From contig DATJYM010000341.1 of assembly GCA_035499615.1 (NCBI GenBank), positions 1-61,472 of the forward strand: a DNA stretch of 61,472 bases, read 5' to 3'. A model generated the notes under the pieces. The model saw only the letters and a list, made by a program, of their open reading frames with translations, searched no databases and was not told the DNA's origin. The DNA is from Candidatus Acidiferrales bacterium. Its GTDB lineage: Bacteria > Verrucomicrobiota > Verrucomicrobiia > Limisphaerales > UBA11358. This document shows positions 37,178-46,004 of this stretch, piece after piece. The translations under genes and the position numbers were made by a program. The stretch's first letter is position 1, and each line of letters starts with the position of its first letter.

Positions 37178-38218
37178 TCAGAATTTACGCTGAGGAATGG
37201 CGAATGGTTGCGGATTGGGTGACGTCCAGGGGGCGGGTTGCGGCGCCCAGGCCGGCGTGAGCGAGGATTGAGTATCGGCCTGGCGGGTCACACCCGGCAG
37301 CTGCGTCAAAGGAGCCGGTTGACCAATTCCACTGGTTAAGGGGGCAAACGAGGCGCCAATGGGATTAACCAACGGCTGCGTGGAATCCGAAGCCGGCAGG
37401 ATGATCTGCGATTTAAAAGAGGTGGTGTTGTCCGGCGCAGTCGTAGCCGCAGTAACAGGCACAAAACCCGGATTAAGCATATGTTGGAACTGGTCCATGT
37501 CCGCCTGTTGTTGCACGGAGTTGACGGGATTCGCAATTGGTTGTGGCGCGGGGGTGCCCAGTGTGGTCGGCCAGACGGAATCCTGGTCCGGGCTCGCAAA
37601 CAAACTGTTCGCCAGCACCGTATTTGGCGCAGCATTTAAAGGCTGGCTGGCAGCGGCGGGTGACTGCAGGTCGTCCAAACCGCTGTTGATCAGATCAGGA
37701 GAATTGTTGTCGCTGTTTGTCCGTCCGTTTTCGTCTCCCCAAAAATTCCGTGACCGGGACGAATTCACCTTTGACCTGGGGTTCATACTCTGGCCTTCAA
37801 GATAGCGTTCCAAGGGTGTCAGGTTGTCCGGTTGACCATCCCGGTTGCGTCTCCCGGTTGACGATTCCTGTTCCGGAACCACCCCCATGATCTCCGCAGG
37901 CGTCTGAAAAACCCAATCCGCATCGTCACCGGATTTCTTTGGGAGTCGGCGTCCGGTGTACGGCATGGGCGCCGGGCCGAAGTTGAACGACGGCACCGGC
38001 GAGGTGTCTTGAAAGAGGTTTTGAAAATTCGCCGGCGGCACCGGTCGGGTGGAGAGCGAGGTCACGTTGGAGGAAACTCCGCCGTTGTCTGGCGTTGAAA
38101 AAATTATGGGTTTCCAGGCATTCGTCGCCGGCGGTTCCGCCTGAACCGATGGCACCCCGGCCAGGACCGCCAGCACCAAAAGCGGTGACCATCTTGAACC
38201 AGAGGGGCGGCTATCCAT
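37178..38218 (-). CDS. Secreted low-complexity (Pro/Gln/Asn/Ser/Thr-rich) hypothetical protein
   Basis: 346 aa with a signal-peptide-like N-terminus (WSPLLVLAVLAGVPSVQA). The rest is low-complexity and I recognise no family. Confidence 0.5.
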   Translation of the reverse strand: MDSRPSGSRWSPLLVLAVLAGVPSVQAEPPATNAWKPIIFSTPDNGGVSSNVTSLSTRPVPPANFQNLFQDTSPVPSFNFGPAPMPYTGRRLPKKSGDDADWVFQTPAEIMGVVPEQESSTGRRNRDGQPDNLTPLERYLEGQSMNPRSKVNSSRSRNFWGDENGRTNSDNNSPDLINSGLDDLQSPAAASQPLNAAPNTVLANSLFASPDQDSVWPTTLGTPAPQPIANPVNSVQQQADMDQFQHMLNPGFVPVTAATTAPDNTTSFKSQIILPASDSTQPLVNPIGASFAPLTSGIGQPAPLTQLPGVTRQADTQSSLTPAWAPQPAPWTSPNPQPFAIPQRKF

Positions 38219-38263
38219 TCAACCTTCACCCTACCGCAGATTGGCGCGTGCGTCAAAACGGAT

Positions 38264-38509
38264 TTACTGCCGCTCGTATTCGCCTTTGCTGACTTTTTTG
38301 AGCACGGTAAAGCCGGCTTTCTTAGCATCCGAAATGGACAGCGGCTTGAGTTTTTGCGGCGAATTAAAGGTGGAAATGATCTTGCGGACCGGTTTTCTGC
38401 AGGCCGGACAATTCGTCAAAGGCTTGGCCGAGAGCGGCCGGTGCAGCGTGAACCGCCCGCCGCACACCTTGCACTCGCCGTCGCACAACTCGTATTCGTA
38501 AAGCGGCAT
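38264..38509 (-). CDS. FmdB-family zinc-ribbon protein
   Basis: The ATG at 38509 gives MPLYEYELCDGECKVCGGRFTLH...CPACRKPV, the classic FmdB CxxC...CxxC signature. Confidence 0.8.
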   Translation of the reverse strand: MPLYEYELCDGECKVCGGRFTLHRPLSAKPLTNCPACRKPVRKIISTFNSPQKLKPLSISDAKKAGFTVLKKVSKGEYERQ

Positions 38510-38570
38510 GAGACAAATTTCGATTTTCGATGGATGATTGTCGAATGAAAATTGAGTAGAATTGCCAGTG

Positions 38571-39314
38571 ATGAACACGACGGCATCCCGGACTCCTGGG
38601 GTTTTTCTGACTGCTGAATGGCGCTACCTGGCGATGCTCAATTACGAAATTGATTCAGCTGCGCTCGCACCTTTCGTTCCAACGGGCACGGAATTGGATT
38701 TTTGGAACGGCAAAACTTACGTGAGCGTCGTTGGCTTTCTGTTTGAGAACACGCGCGTTGGCGGTATACCAATCCCGTTTCACCGCAGCTTTGAAGAAGT
38801 CAACTTACGATTTTACGTCCGGCAAAAGACCGGCGAAGGTTGGCGGCGCGGCGTCGTTTTTATCAAGGAATTGGTTTCACGAAAGGCCGTAGCTCTCATC
38901 GCGCGGAAATTTTACAGCGAAAATTATCATGCCTTGCCAATGGCGCATCGAATTGAAAAATCCGGAGAGGAAATTAAATCCGTTGCCTATTCCTGGCGGT
39001 TAAGCGGGAGAGAAAATTGTCTAAAAGTGGCTGTGTCCGGCTGTGTCCGGCCGCCGAGGGAGGATTCATTACCGGAATTCATCACTGAGCATTATTGGGG
39101 CTACGCAAGACAGCGCGACCGCTCGACGGTGGAATATCGCGTCGAGCATCCGCGCTGGTGCATTTGGGAAAACGCGGCGGCGGAGCTTTGCTGCGACGCG
39201 GCCAGTTTGTATGGCGAAAGTTTCCGCGAGATACTGAATCGACCTTCGGCTTCGGCTTTTCTCGCAGACGGTTCGGAAGTAAAAGTTTATCGAGGAGCCA
39301 TGCTGACGGCATGA
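38571..39314 (+). CDS. DUF2071 (YqjF-like) family protein
   Basis: I use the ATG at 38571; the tracked TTG is at 38562. WRYLAMLNYEIDSAALAPFVPTGTELDFWNGKTYVSVVGFLF and EHYWGY...VEHPRW resemble DUF2071. Confidence 0.65.
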   Translation: MNTTASRTPGVFLTAEWRYLAMLNYEIDSAALAPFVPTGTELDFWNGKTYVSVVGFLFENTRVGGIPIPFHRSFEEVNLRFYVRQKTGEGWRRGVVFIKELVSRKAVALIARKFYSENYHALPMAHRIEKSGEEIKSVAYSWRLSGRENCLKVAVSGCVRPPREDSLPEFITEHYWGYARQRDRSTVEYRVEHPRWCIWENAAAELCCDAASLYGESFREILNRPSASAFLADGSEVKVYRGAMLTA

Positions 39315-39685
39315 ACGAAGCCAAAACCAATCCGGCCGGTTGGATTCTCTATGACGATTCCTGCGGATTTTGCCGGCGGTGGATCCCGTTCTGGGAAAAA
39401 ACCTTGCGAGAGCGTGGTTTTGAAATCGCCCCGCTCCAAGCCGATTGGGTCAAAGGAAAATTACGGTTGAAGGAGGATGATTTGTTACAGGATTTGCGCT
39501 TATTGCTCGCGAACGGCGAGCAGATCCAAGGTGCAGACACCTACCGTTACGCGATGCGACGCATTTGGTGGGCATATCCAGTTCATCTGTTTTCCATTGC
39601 GCCACTGACCGGAAAAATTTTCGACTGGGGTTACCAAAAATTTGCCGCCCACCGCCATCAAATTTCGCGCGCCTGCAAATTGTAG
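39311..39685 (+). CDS. DCC-family (DUF393) thiol-disulfide oxidoreductase
   Basis: The ATG at 39311 forms an ATGA overlap with the DUF2071 stop. ILYDDSCGFCRRWIPFW is the DxxCxxC motif. Confidence 0.75.
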   Translation: MNEAKTNPAGWILYDDSCGFCRRWIPFWEKTLRERGFEIAPLQADWVKGKLRLKEDDLLQDLRLLLANGEQIQGADTYRYAMRRIWWAYPVHLFSIAPLTGKIFDWGYQKFAAHRHQISRACKL

Positions 39686-39711
39686 TTTTTCCAAATCGGC
39701 CTTACCGCCTT

Positions 39712-40488
39712 TTATTTCTTCAAAAACGCGCTGAACAAATCAATCGGCAGCGGGAGGAAGGTGGTGGTGTTGTGTTCGCTGGCCATTTCGCGCATCGTTT
39801 GCAGATAGCGCAATTGCAGGGCAATCGGTTCCTTGCTGATCAAGGCGGCGGCCTGCACCATTTTCTCGGCGGCCTGGAATTCGCCTTCCGCGTTGGTAAT
39901 TTTTGCGCGGCGTTCGCGTTCGGCTTCAGCCTGTTTGGCCATTGCGCGCTTCATGCTGTCCGGCAGCGCCACGTCCTTGATTTCGACGGCGGTGACCTTG
40001 ATGCCCCATGGCTCGGTCTGGCGGTCGATGATTTCCTGCAACTTCTGGTTGATGACGTCGCGTTGCGAAAGCAAGTCGTCCAGCGACGCCTGGCCCAGCA
40101 CGCTGCGCAGCGTCGTTTGGGCGATGAGCGAAGTGGCTTTCCAGAAATTTTCCACCTTTACCACCGCGTCCATCGGATTGATGACGCGGAAGTAAACGAC
40201 CGCGTCCACGGTCGCCGGTACATTGTCCTTGGTCATGATTTCCTGTTTCGAAACGTCAATGGTGACGACCCGCAAATCCATCTTCACGATGCGGTCCACG
40301 ATGGGGATGAGGAAAATTATCCCCGGTCCTTTCGCGCCCAAAAGCTTGCCGAGGCGGAAAATGACGCCGCGTTCGTATTCGCGCAGGATGCGGAGTGCCT
40401 GCGGCAAAATAACAAGCAGAACGATAAAAACCGGGACAATAATAGCGAGTCCGCCACCGACGAGGCGTTCGATTGATGGTTGGTCCAT
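39712..40488 (-). CDS. SPFH/Band-7 (stomatin-like) membrane protein
   Basis: 258 aa with an N-terminal TM helix, then [30 protein letters not shown] and a C-terminal coiled-coil [11 protein letters not shown]. Confidence 0.9.
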   Translation of the reverse strand: MDQPSIERLVGGGLAIIVPVFIVLLVILPQALRILREYERGVIFRLGKLLGAKGPGIIFLIPIVDRIVKMDLRVVTIDVSKQEIMTKDNVPATVDAVVYFRVINPMDAVVKVENFWKATSLIAQTTLRSVLGQASLDDLLSQRDVINQKLQEIIDRQTEPWGIKVTAVEIKDVALPDSMKRAMAKQAEAERERRAKITNAEGEFQAAEKMVQAAALISKEPIALQLRYLQTMREMASEHNTTTFLPLPIDLFSAFLKK

Positions 40489-40501
40489 AATTCCTTCTTG
40501 G

Positions 40502-41773
40502 TTAATGTGTTTTTGGTTGCACTCTCAAAGTCAGCCCGTCAATCGCAACGATTTCCACCGGCTGGCCTATTTCAATCGTCGTTTCGCTCACGGCATTCCA
40601 GTTTTCGCCTTCGATGAACACCTTGCCGCCGGTCGCGTCAATTCGTGACAGCGCGTTGACCGTTTTGCCGATCATTGTTTCCATGCCGGCGCGTTTTGGC
40701 AAAAATTGCGCGCGAATACCTTTGCTGACGAAGAAGACGAAAAATGCCGCGGTGACGAGTGTCGTTGAAATCACCCAGGTCATGGGTAAATGATAGCCGG
40801 CCGGCTCATGATTGAACAGCATCAAGACGCCCAGAAAGAAAGCGATGATGCCGCCGCCGGTCAAAACGCCATGCGTTGGCGCAAAAATATCGATGATGAA
40901 CAACGCGACGGCCAGAACGATCAGGGCCACCCCGGCCGCGTTGAGCGGCAGGGTTGCCGACATGTAGAGCAGCAAAATCAGAGCGAGCGCGCCCGCCACC
41001 CCCGGAAAAATCGCGCCCGGATGGCTCATCTCGGCGATGATGCCATAAATTGCGACGAGCATAAGGAGCATCATCACTTCCGGCTGCCAGAACAATTGGA
41101 AAAATTTTTCACCGGGGCTCATCGGAATTTCCACGACGCTTGCGCCCGCGGTATGCAGTATTTTGTCGCCGGCCTTTTTCCCATTCAATTTCAGCAGCAA
41201 ATCGGGAACGTTGGTCGCGATCAAATCTATCACCTTCATTTTCAGCGCTTCCTCGGATGTGATGGCCTTGCTTTCCGTGACGGAGGATTTGGCCCATTCG
41301 ACGTTGCGATGCCGTTTTTCGGCGATGGTCTGCATCACCTTGGTGTAGGCGTTGCCGATTTTTTGCATCATGATGCTGTTGGTCGTTTCGCTTTCGTTTT
41401 CCAGTTCGACCGGATGCGCCGCGCCGATGGTGGTATGCGGCGCCATCGCCGCGATGTTCGCCGCGAGCGTGATATAAACGCCCGCGCTGCCGGCCATGGC
41501 GCCTTCCGGCGCAACATAGACGACGATAGGCACAGGCGATTCATAAAAATCCTGCACGATGTCGTCCATGGAATTAGCAAGGCCGCCGGGAGTGTTCAAT
41601 TGGATGATGAGAGATTCATCGTCCTGTTTGGCGGCCACATCAATGGCGCGCGATATATAATTTGCCGTGGCCGGGCCGATGGCGCCATCAATTTTAATCA
41701 AACCTACTTGCGCCGCCGGCGCCGCCGTGCTCAGAAGCAGCCCCGCAATCAAGATGAAACCCCAATGCTTCAT
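40502..41773 (-). CDS. NfeD-family membrane-bound ClpP-class serine protease
   Basis: The ATG at 41773 gives [15 protein letters not shown] (signal). A ClpP-like domain follows ([19 protein letters not shown]...NTPGG), then TM helices and a C-terminal OB-fold ([14 protein letters not shown]). It sits immediately upstream of its usual SPFH partner. Confidence 0.85.
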   Translation of the reverse strand: MKHWGFILIAGLLLSTAAPAAQVGLIKIDGAIGPATANYISRAIDVAAKQDDESLIIQLNTPGGLANSMDDIVQDFYESPVPIVVYVAPEGAMAGSAGVYITLAANIAAMAPHTTIGAAHPVELENESETTNSIMMQKIGNAYTKVMQTIAEKRHRNVEWAKSSVTESKAITSEEALKMKVIDLIATNVPDLLLKLNGKKAGDKILHTAGASVVEIPMSPGEKFFQLFWQPEVMMLLMLVAIYGIIAEMSHPGAIFPGVAGALALILLLYMSATLPLNAAGVALIVLAVALFIIDIFAPTHGVLTGGGIIAFFLGVLMLFNHEPAGYHLPMTWVISTTLVTAAFFVFFVSKGIRAQFLPKRAGMETMIGKTVNALSRIDATGGKVFIEGENWNAVSETTIEIGQPVEIVAIDGLTLRVQPKTH

Positions 41774-41928
41774 GACTTTTCCACTTAAAAGCCACGCTAA
41801 CAGAAAGTGTCGCTTCTGCAAATTAAATTCGCCATCTCCGGTAGTTCGCCGGCCGTCCGTGTTCCAATAAAGACATTGACCTGGCTGCATTTCCTCTGCC
41901 AGCGTAACCAAGGTTTTCAGGAACCGGC

Positions 41929-42573
41929 ATGACAAATCCGCCAACGTCTGAAATCGGCGACCGCGAACTGGTAAGCCGTGCCCAAACGGGCGAACTGGAT
42001 GCCTTCGAGACCTTGACCACCCGTTACGAACAGCGGGTCTATTCACTGGCCCAGCGAATGTTACGGCAGGAGCAGGACGCCGAAGATGTGACGCAGCAAA
42101 CCTTCCTCAGCGCCCTGGAAAACCTGAACGGCTTTCGCGGTGAGGCCAGTTTTGCCACCTGGCTGTTCCGCATTGCCACCCACGCGGCGCTCAAGGTCAT
42201 TCGCAAGCGCAAGGGGTTGAAAACCGTCTCGTTGGAGGAAGCGACCGAAGGAGCGGACCGCGGTGATTCCGTTCCGCATCCGGAATTCATCGCCGATTGG
42301 CGGCAGTCTCCGGCACAACTGGTTTCCAAGCGGGAAATCCAACGTTTGCTGGACGAAGCCCTGTCCCGGCTGGACGAAAAACACCGGCTCGTATTTCTCC
42401 TGCGTGACGTGGAAGGGCTGTCCGTGAAGGAGACCGCCGAGGCCTTGGAAATAACTGAGGCCAACACCAAGGTGCGGCTGCTCCGCGCGCGCCTGCAATT
42501 GCGTGAGCATCTGACTCGAACCCTTGGCGATCCGGAAAAGCAATTGATACAGAAACATGACCACCCGCATTGA
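41929..42573 (+). CDS. ECF-type RNA polymerase sigma-70 family factor
   Basis: 214 aa. Region 2 reads DAEDVTQQTFLSALENLNGFRGEASFATWLFRIATHAAL and region 4 reads VFLLRDVEGLSVKETAEALEITEANTKVRLLRAR. Confidence 0.9.
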   Translation: MTNPPTSEIGDRELVSRAQTGELDAFETLTTRYEQRVYSLAQRMLRQEQDAEDVTQQTFLSALENLNGFRGEASFATWLFRIATHAALKVIRKRKGLKTVSLEEATEGADRGDSVPHPEFIADWRQSPAQLVSKREIQRLLDEALSRLDEKHRLVFLLRDVEGLSVKETAEALEITEANTKVRLLRARLQLREHLTRTLGDPEKQLIQKHDHPH

Positions 42574-42701
42574 ACTTGCAACAATCTCTCGATTGGAGCG
42601 CCGGCATCTTGCCGGCGTTCCCGGGAAGTTCACGGGCCGGCTGGTAAAGCTTGTAACCTTTTTAAAAGTCGGGGCTCGAAAGCATTGAAACACGATACAC
42701 C

Positions 42702-42947
42702 ATGAAGTGCGAAGACCTGTTGGCGATGCTGAATGAATATGTTGACGGCACGATTGATCCTGCGGTGTGCAAGGATTTTGAGCATCACATGGCCGGCTGC
42801 AACCCCTGCCAGGTGGTCGTGGACAACATTCGCAAAACCATCACCTTGTACAAGGAAGGCAAACCGTACAGATTGCCTGTGGCATTCCGCAACCGCTTGC
42901 ATGGCGCCCTCCGGCAGCGCTGGAAAGAGACGCATAGCGAGCCGTAA
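42702..42947 (+). CDS. Soluble zinc-binding anti-sigma factor (ZAS, zf-HC2; RsrA/ChrR-like)
   Basis: 81 aa with H29-x3-C33-x2-C36 (HMAGCNPC) plus upstream Cys3 and Cys23. There is no TM segment. Confidence 0.8.
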   Translation: MKCEDLLAMLNEYVDGTIDPAVCKDFEHHMAGCNPCQVVVDNIRKTITLYKEGKPYRLPVAFRNRLHGALRQRWKETHSEP

Positions 42948-42964
42948 AGTGAGAAACGTCGAGC

Positions 42965-43339
42965 ATGAGTTGGATTTCCATTTTAATCATTGTCCTCTTC
43001 CTCGCGGCATTTTTTGGCCTTAAACGCCTGGGCTTGGTTTCTGCCGGGATCGCGCGGAAATACTTGAAGGAAGGCGCCTGGGTGGTCGACGTGCGCAGCG
43101 CCGAGGAATTCCGGGCCGGTCACCTGCCCGACGCTGTGAATTTCCCGTTGGGTGAATTACAAGACTGCCTGCCCCGGCGCGTGTCGGACAAAAACCAGGT
43201 TCTGCTCCTGCATTGTCTGAGTGGCATGCGCAGCGGGATGGCCCGGCGGGCGCTCAAAGCCATGGGTTATACCAGGGTCTTCGACCTCGGCTCGTTGGGC
43301 CGTGCCCAAAAAATCGTCGGCCCTGGCGGCAGCACATAA
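42965..43339 (+). CDS. Membrane-anchored rhodanese-domain sulfurtransferase
   Basis: 124 aa with an N-terminal TM helix (ISILIIVLFLAAFF), then VVDVRSAEEFRAGHLPDAVNFPL and the active-site loop HCLSGMRS. Confidence 0.85.
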   Translation: MSWISILIIVLFLAAFFGLKRLGLVSAGIARKYLKEGAWVVDVRSAEEFRAGHLPDAVNFPLGELQDCLPRRVSDKNQVLLLHCLSGMRSGMARRALKAMGYTRVFDLGSLGRAQKIVGPGGST

Positions 43340-43350
43340 ACGGAGTTGGA

Positions 43351-43953
43351 ATGGACGCTGCTTTTTGGAACGACCGCTACACTTTTCCCGGCCATGTTGA
43401 TGGTGAGGCGCCCAATGCGTTTGTGCGAGAGGTTGCGCGACAAATTCCCGCCGGGCCGGTGTTATGCCTGGCCGAAGGCGAGGGACGTAATGCCGTTTAT
43501 CTCGCCACGCTGGGCCACCGTGTTACCGCCGTGGACCAATCGGAAGTGGGTCTGGCCAAAGCCCAACGGCTGGCCAAAGCGCGCGGCGTAAGAATCGAAA
43601 CGCTGGTGACTGATCTCGCCCATTATATCATCCCCGCCGGCGCGTGGGCGGGAATCGTCGCGACCTTCGCGCACCTGCCGCCGGCCTTGCGGCGGCGCGT
43701 TCACGGTGCCGTCGTGGCGGGATTGCGACCCGGCGGTGTTTTTATTCTCGAAGCCTACACGCCGGCGCAATTGTCGTTCGGTACCGGCGGGCCAAAATCG
43801 CCCGAATTGCTCATGACCCTGGCTGCTCTCCGTGACGAGCTTTCAGGATTGGAATTGCTGGTCGCGCATGAGATCGAGCGCGACGTCGTCGAAGGTAATG
43901 GGCACACCGGCCGCGGTGCGGTGGTGCAAATTCTTGCCCGCCGGCATGAGTGA
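43351..43953 (+). CDS. Class I SAM-dependent methyltransferase (TehB/TPMT-like)
   Basis: The ATG at 43351 gives MDAAFWNDRY. Motifs are VLCLAEGEGRNAVYLA (motif I) and LRPGGVFILE. Confidence 0.8.
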   Translation: MDAAFWNDRYTFPGHVDGEAPNAFVREVARQIPAGPVLCLAEGEGRNAVYLATLGHRVTAVDQSEVGLAKAQRLAKARGVRIETLVTDLAHYIIPAGAWAGIVATFAHLPPALRRRVHGAVVAGLRPGGVFILEAYTPAQLSFGTGGPKSPELLMTLAALRDELSGLELLVAHEIERDVVEGNGHTGRGAVVQILARRHE

Positions 43954-44410
43954 CAGTTTTGCTCAACGTGGCGGCTGGTGGGTGGTGGGACAGTCCCTGC
44001 TTATTTCGGTCATCGGAATCCTGGGTGTAGCCGGTCGCACGACCTTGAACCTACCGGCAAGTTTCATTGGCGGTCTGGTTCTGCTCGTGATTTCCGCAGT
44101 TTGTGGCGTCGCCGGACTGCTGGCCCTGGGGCCAAACCTGAGCCCATTCCCCAAACCATCCGCAAACACACAGTTTGTCCAGCGCGGCATTTATGGTTTG
44201 ATTCGGCATCCACTCTACACTTCCGTCTTTTGCGCCGCCCTGGGGTGGTCGCTGGTCTGGCAAGGCTGGGCGGCCCTGGTCATTTCATTGGCGCTGGGTG
44301 TTTTCTTGGATGCGAAAGCGCGCCACGAAGAGCGCTGGTTGCGGCAGCAATTCCCGGATTACGCAACCTATGCGCAACAGGTTCGGCGATTTATTCCGTG
44401 GATTTACTGA
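43946..44410 (+). CDS. ICMT/PEMT-family integral-membrane methyltransferase
   Basis: The ATG at 43946 overlaps the preceding gene by 8 nt. GIYGLIRHPLYTS and HEERWLRQQFPDYATYAQQVRRFIP are family signatures. Confidence 0.75.
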   Translation: MSDSFAQRGGWWVVGQSLLISVIGILGVAGRTTLNLPASFIGGLVLLVISAVCGVAGLLALGPNLSPFPKPSANTQFVQRGIYGLIRHPLYTSVFCAALGWSLVWQGWAALVISLALGVFLDAKARHEERWLRQQFPDYATYAQQVRRFIPWIY

Positions 44411-44578
44411 CATTCGACAAGCCCTGAAGCTGAATTCTTTCATTGCGGTCGCTTGCGGTTCTGCCGCCTTGTAACCTCTTTCCGGTTTGTGGCTCCCTAT
44501 GGCTTGAAGGATTGTCTGGAAAGACGCGAAAATGAAGATTGTTGTCCAGGAAACAGGCGCTGAGAAGGAAGCCGGACC

Positions 44579-45124
44579 ATGTCGGCATTAATACCTTGTA
44601 TATTGATCGGCGGTGGTCTTGGGGCGGTGCTCGGTCGGTTTGGCAAACGTTCCGCCGGCAATTGGCCGTTGCTCGCAAACTGGCGTCGCGGCGCGCTTTC
44701 CGGCGCGCTGGTTGGCGCCATGTTGTTCTTCGTTCCCGGCCTTGGCTGTTCGGCGGCGATGAACCAATCTACCGCGAACGTGGAGCGCATCACTGAAACG
44801 AATTTTGATGCCGTAGTGCAAGACTCCCCCAAGCCGGTGGTGGTGGATTTTTATGCGACCTGGTGCGGCCCCTGCAAAGTGCTTTCGCCCATGCTGGACA
44901 AGCTGGCCGCTTCGTTCACCAACGAAATCAAATTCGTCAAAGTCAACGTGGACGAAGCCCCCAACCTGTCTCAGCGTTTCAACATTCAAGGCATTCCCAC
45001 GCTGTTGGCTTTCAAAAACGGCAAGATCGCGGACCGTGTTGTGGGATTGCTGTCGTCCGACGAATTGAAATCGCACCTGGAAGCCCTGGCGGAAACCAAC
45101 GCCTCCGCGAGCGATTCGCACTAA
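44579..45124 (+). CDS. Thioredoxin with an N-terminal two-helix membrane module
   Basis: 181 aa. The N-terminal ~60 aa are hydrophobic and Gly-rich. A thioredoxin fold with VVVDFYATWCGPCKVL (WCGPC) follows. Confidence 0.85.
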   Translation: MSALIPCILIGGGLGAVLGRFGKRSAGNWPLLANWRRGALSGALVGAMLFFVPGLGCSAAMNQSTANVERITETNFDAVVQDSPKPVVVDFYATWCGPCKVLSPMLDKLAASFTNEIKFVKVNVDEAPNLSQRFNIQGIPTLLAFKNGKIADRVVGLLSSDELKSHLEALAETNASASDSH

Positions 45125-45213
45125 TCCCTCCACAATTCCGTCGAGTCCGCGGTTGTAACTTTTCCGCCGCTCCCGGCTCATTAACAGGAGGCAAACATAA
45201 ACCGTCTGAAGTC

Positions 45214-45555
45214 ATGAAAAGCATTGTTGAACTGAACAAAACGAATTTTGAGCGGGAAGTGCTAAACGCCGTCGGTCCGGTTTTGGTGGATTTTTACGCG
45301 CCGTGGTGCGGACCCTGCAAAATGCTTGCGCCCTTCCTTGAGCAACTGGCGGTTGAATTCACCGGCCGAGTAAAGTTCGCCAAACTGAACGTGGATGGCG
45401 CTCCGGAACTGGCTGGCCCTTACGACATTAGCGGGGTGCCGACGATGATTTTGTTCCGCGGCGGGAACCCGGTTGACCAAATGGTGGGCCTCGCTTCGGC
45501 GAACCTGTTGAAAAGGTGGCTGGAAAAGGCCGCAAACGAAACGGTTATCGCATGA
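45214..45555 (+). CDS. trxA: Thioredoxin
   Basis: The ATG at 45214 lies within tracked ORF 44863..45555. The 113-aa product carries VLVDFYAPWCGPCKML and GVPTMILF. Confidence 0.9.
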   Translation: MKSIVELNKTNFEREVLNAVGPVLVDFYAPWCGPCKMLAPFLEQLAVEFTGRVKFAKLNVDGAPELAGPYDISGVPTMILFRGGNPVDQMVGLASANLLKRWLEKAANETVIA

Positions 45556-45577
45556 CCGCATTGCGGAGGAACATAAA

Positions 45578-45751
45578 ATGATTTTGCAAATGCTCATCGG
45601 TACCGTCGTGGGAGCGGTTCTCGGGTTTGGCTGGTACGAACTCGTCGGGTGCCGCACCGGCGCCTGTCCGTTGACAAGCAACCCGTTCATCAGCACTCTC
45701 TACGGCATGGTCGTGGGTGCGCTGGTGGCGACCAGTATTCATTCAACCTAA
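45578..45751 (+). CDS. 57-aa two-helix membrane protein with a C-x4-C-P-L-T-S-N-P loop (DUF6132-like); not in the ORF track
   Basis: My own translation is MILQMLIGTVVGAVLGFGWYELVGCRTGACPLTSNPFISTLYGMVVGALVATSIHST*. GGAGGA (45565-70) lies 7 nt upstream of the ATG. The product falls below the track's 60-aa cutoff. Confidence 0.6.
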   Translation: MILQMLIGTVVGAVLGFGWYELVGCRTGACPLTSNPFISTLYGMVVGALVATSIHST

Positions 45752-45764
45752 AATCAAAACACCC

Positions 45765-46004
45765 ATGAAAATGCACCTGCTCATCCGCCGGTTCGCCGGC
45801 GCGTTCATCCTGGCCAGCCTGTTACTGGCTTATTATCAGAGCCATTACTGGCTCTGGTTTACAGCCTTCGTCGGTTTCAATCTGTTCCAATCCTCGTTCA
45901 CCAACTTTTGTCCGCTGGAACTCATTCTCAAGAAGCTCGGCGTGGGACGTGATGCCGGAAGTTGCTGCGAGACCAAGCCGGCTCAAGCGGCATCGGGCAA
46001 ATGA
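45765..46004 (+). CDS. DUF2892 (YgaP transmembrane-domain-like) small membrane protein
   Basis: The ATG at 45765 gives 79 aa: IRRFAGAFILASLLLAYY...WFTAFVGFNLFQSSFTNFCPLELILKKLG. This is the characteristic DUF2892 pattern, and the tail is Cys-rich (GSCCE). Confidence 0.7.
   Translation: MKMHLLIRRFAGAFILASLLLAYYQSHYWLWFTAFVGFNLFQSSFTNFCPLELILKKLGVGRDAGSCCETKPAQAASGK

Noticed and set aside
39031-39050. Perfect tandem duplication of the 10-mer CTGTGTCCGG inside the DUF2071 gene
   Set aside because: I considered a recent frameshifting duplication. The reading frame stays open, however, and the downstream sequence (EHYWGY...VEHPRW) still looks like the family, so the gene appears intact.
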